From Ascidiella aspersa (Eukaryota): a stretch of DNA of 64,000 nucleotides. Positions 63,601 to 64,000 of the stretch are shown piece after piece. Below the pieces are notes generated by a model that had not been told where the DNA came from, did not search any database, and was given only the letters and a program-made list of their open reading frames with translations. How positions within the stretch are numbered: position 1 is the first letter of the stretch; the number at the start of each line of letters is the position of its first letter. The position numbers were made by a program, and so were the translations under genes. The stretch spans positions 36,332,001 through 36,396,000 of the forward strand of contig OZ004609.1 of assembly GCA_963924565.1 (NCBI GenBank), read 5' to 3'.

Positions 63601-64000
63601 AAGTTTAATTTTTATTTTTTATGCCATTGCTGTTGGTTGAGAATAAATTGTGTTGGACTGAAGTGATTTTAAAGACACTTGTTTACACCTGGTGTTGACC
63701 ATTGCAACGTACGTTTTATCAAACTATCTTCCTAACAGCCATAACAAACCCAGCGATTAATAAATATACATTTGTGTTCTTGTATGCAAATAGAGGAAAT
63801 GTATTTAAATTATACGTTTCGTAGGATTTTAGGTGATGATTTTTTTACATTTCAAAACAACCTCATGCTCGACTAAAAAGTTTTAAGCGGTATTTTAAGC
63901 GTTTTATAATTTTGGAATTTTTTTTTGGAATATTTGGCCGGAAATTGTCGGCGCTAATTAAAAAGTTGAACGTCCGCCACTGAATGGGAAATTAGCGTCA

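Overview
AT-rich animal genomic DNA, probably a tunicate/ascidian-type invertebrate chordate (inferred from gene architecture and sequence style, not proven). Most of the window is the 5' part of one + strand gene, the ZFHX3/ZFHX4 (ATBF1; fly zfh2) zinc-finger homeobox orthologue. I reconstructed 12 coding exons by hand (12641-60637, about 951 aa, all GT-AG introns with compatible phases). The gene continues past the window and no homeodomain is reached. Intron 4 is about 37 kb (15854-52798). This intron and the upstream 12 kb alternate between CpG-rich islands packed with TAATT homeodomain-type motifs and AT-rich spacers holding small non-autonomous repeats: a foldback-like family, hAT/Charlie-type MITEs, a tRNA-derived SINE pair, a LINE 3' end and minisatellites. 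Three signals stand out. (1) The palindrome TGACGTCA is strongly enriched inside coding exons and is read in two different frames. (2) A dispersed inverted-repeat family carries minimal, dimer-type hammerhead ribozyme motifs of the Penelope-like class, and one copy with an intact core lies in sense orientation in a ZFHX intron. (3) The regulatory islands show a quasi-regular spacing of about 1-2 kb. Nearly all other ORFs in the supplied track look spurious.
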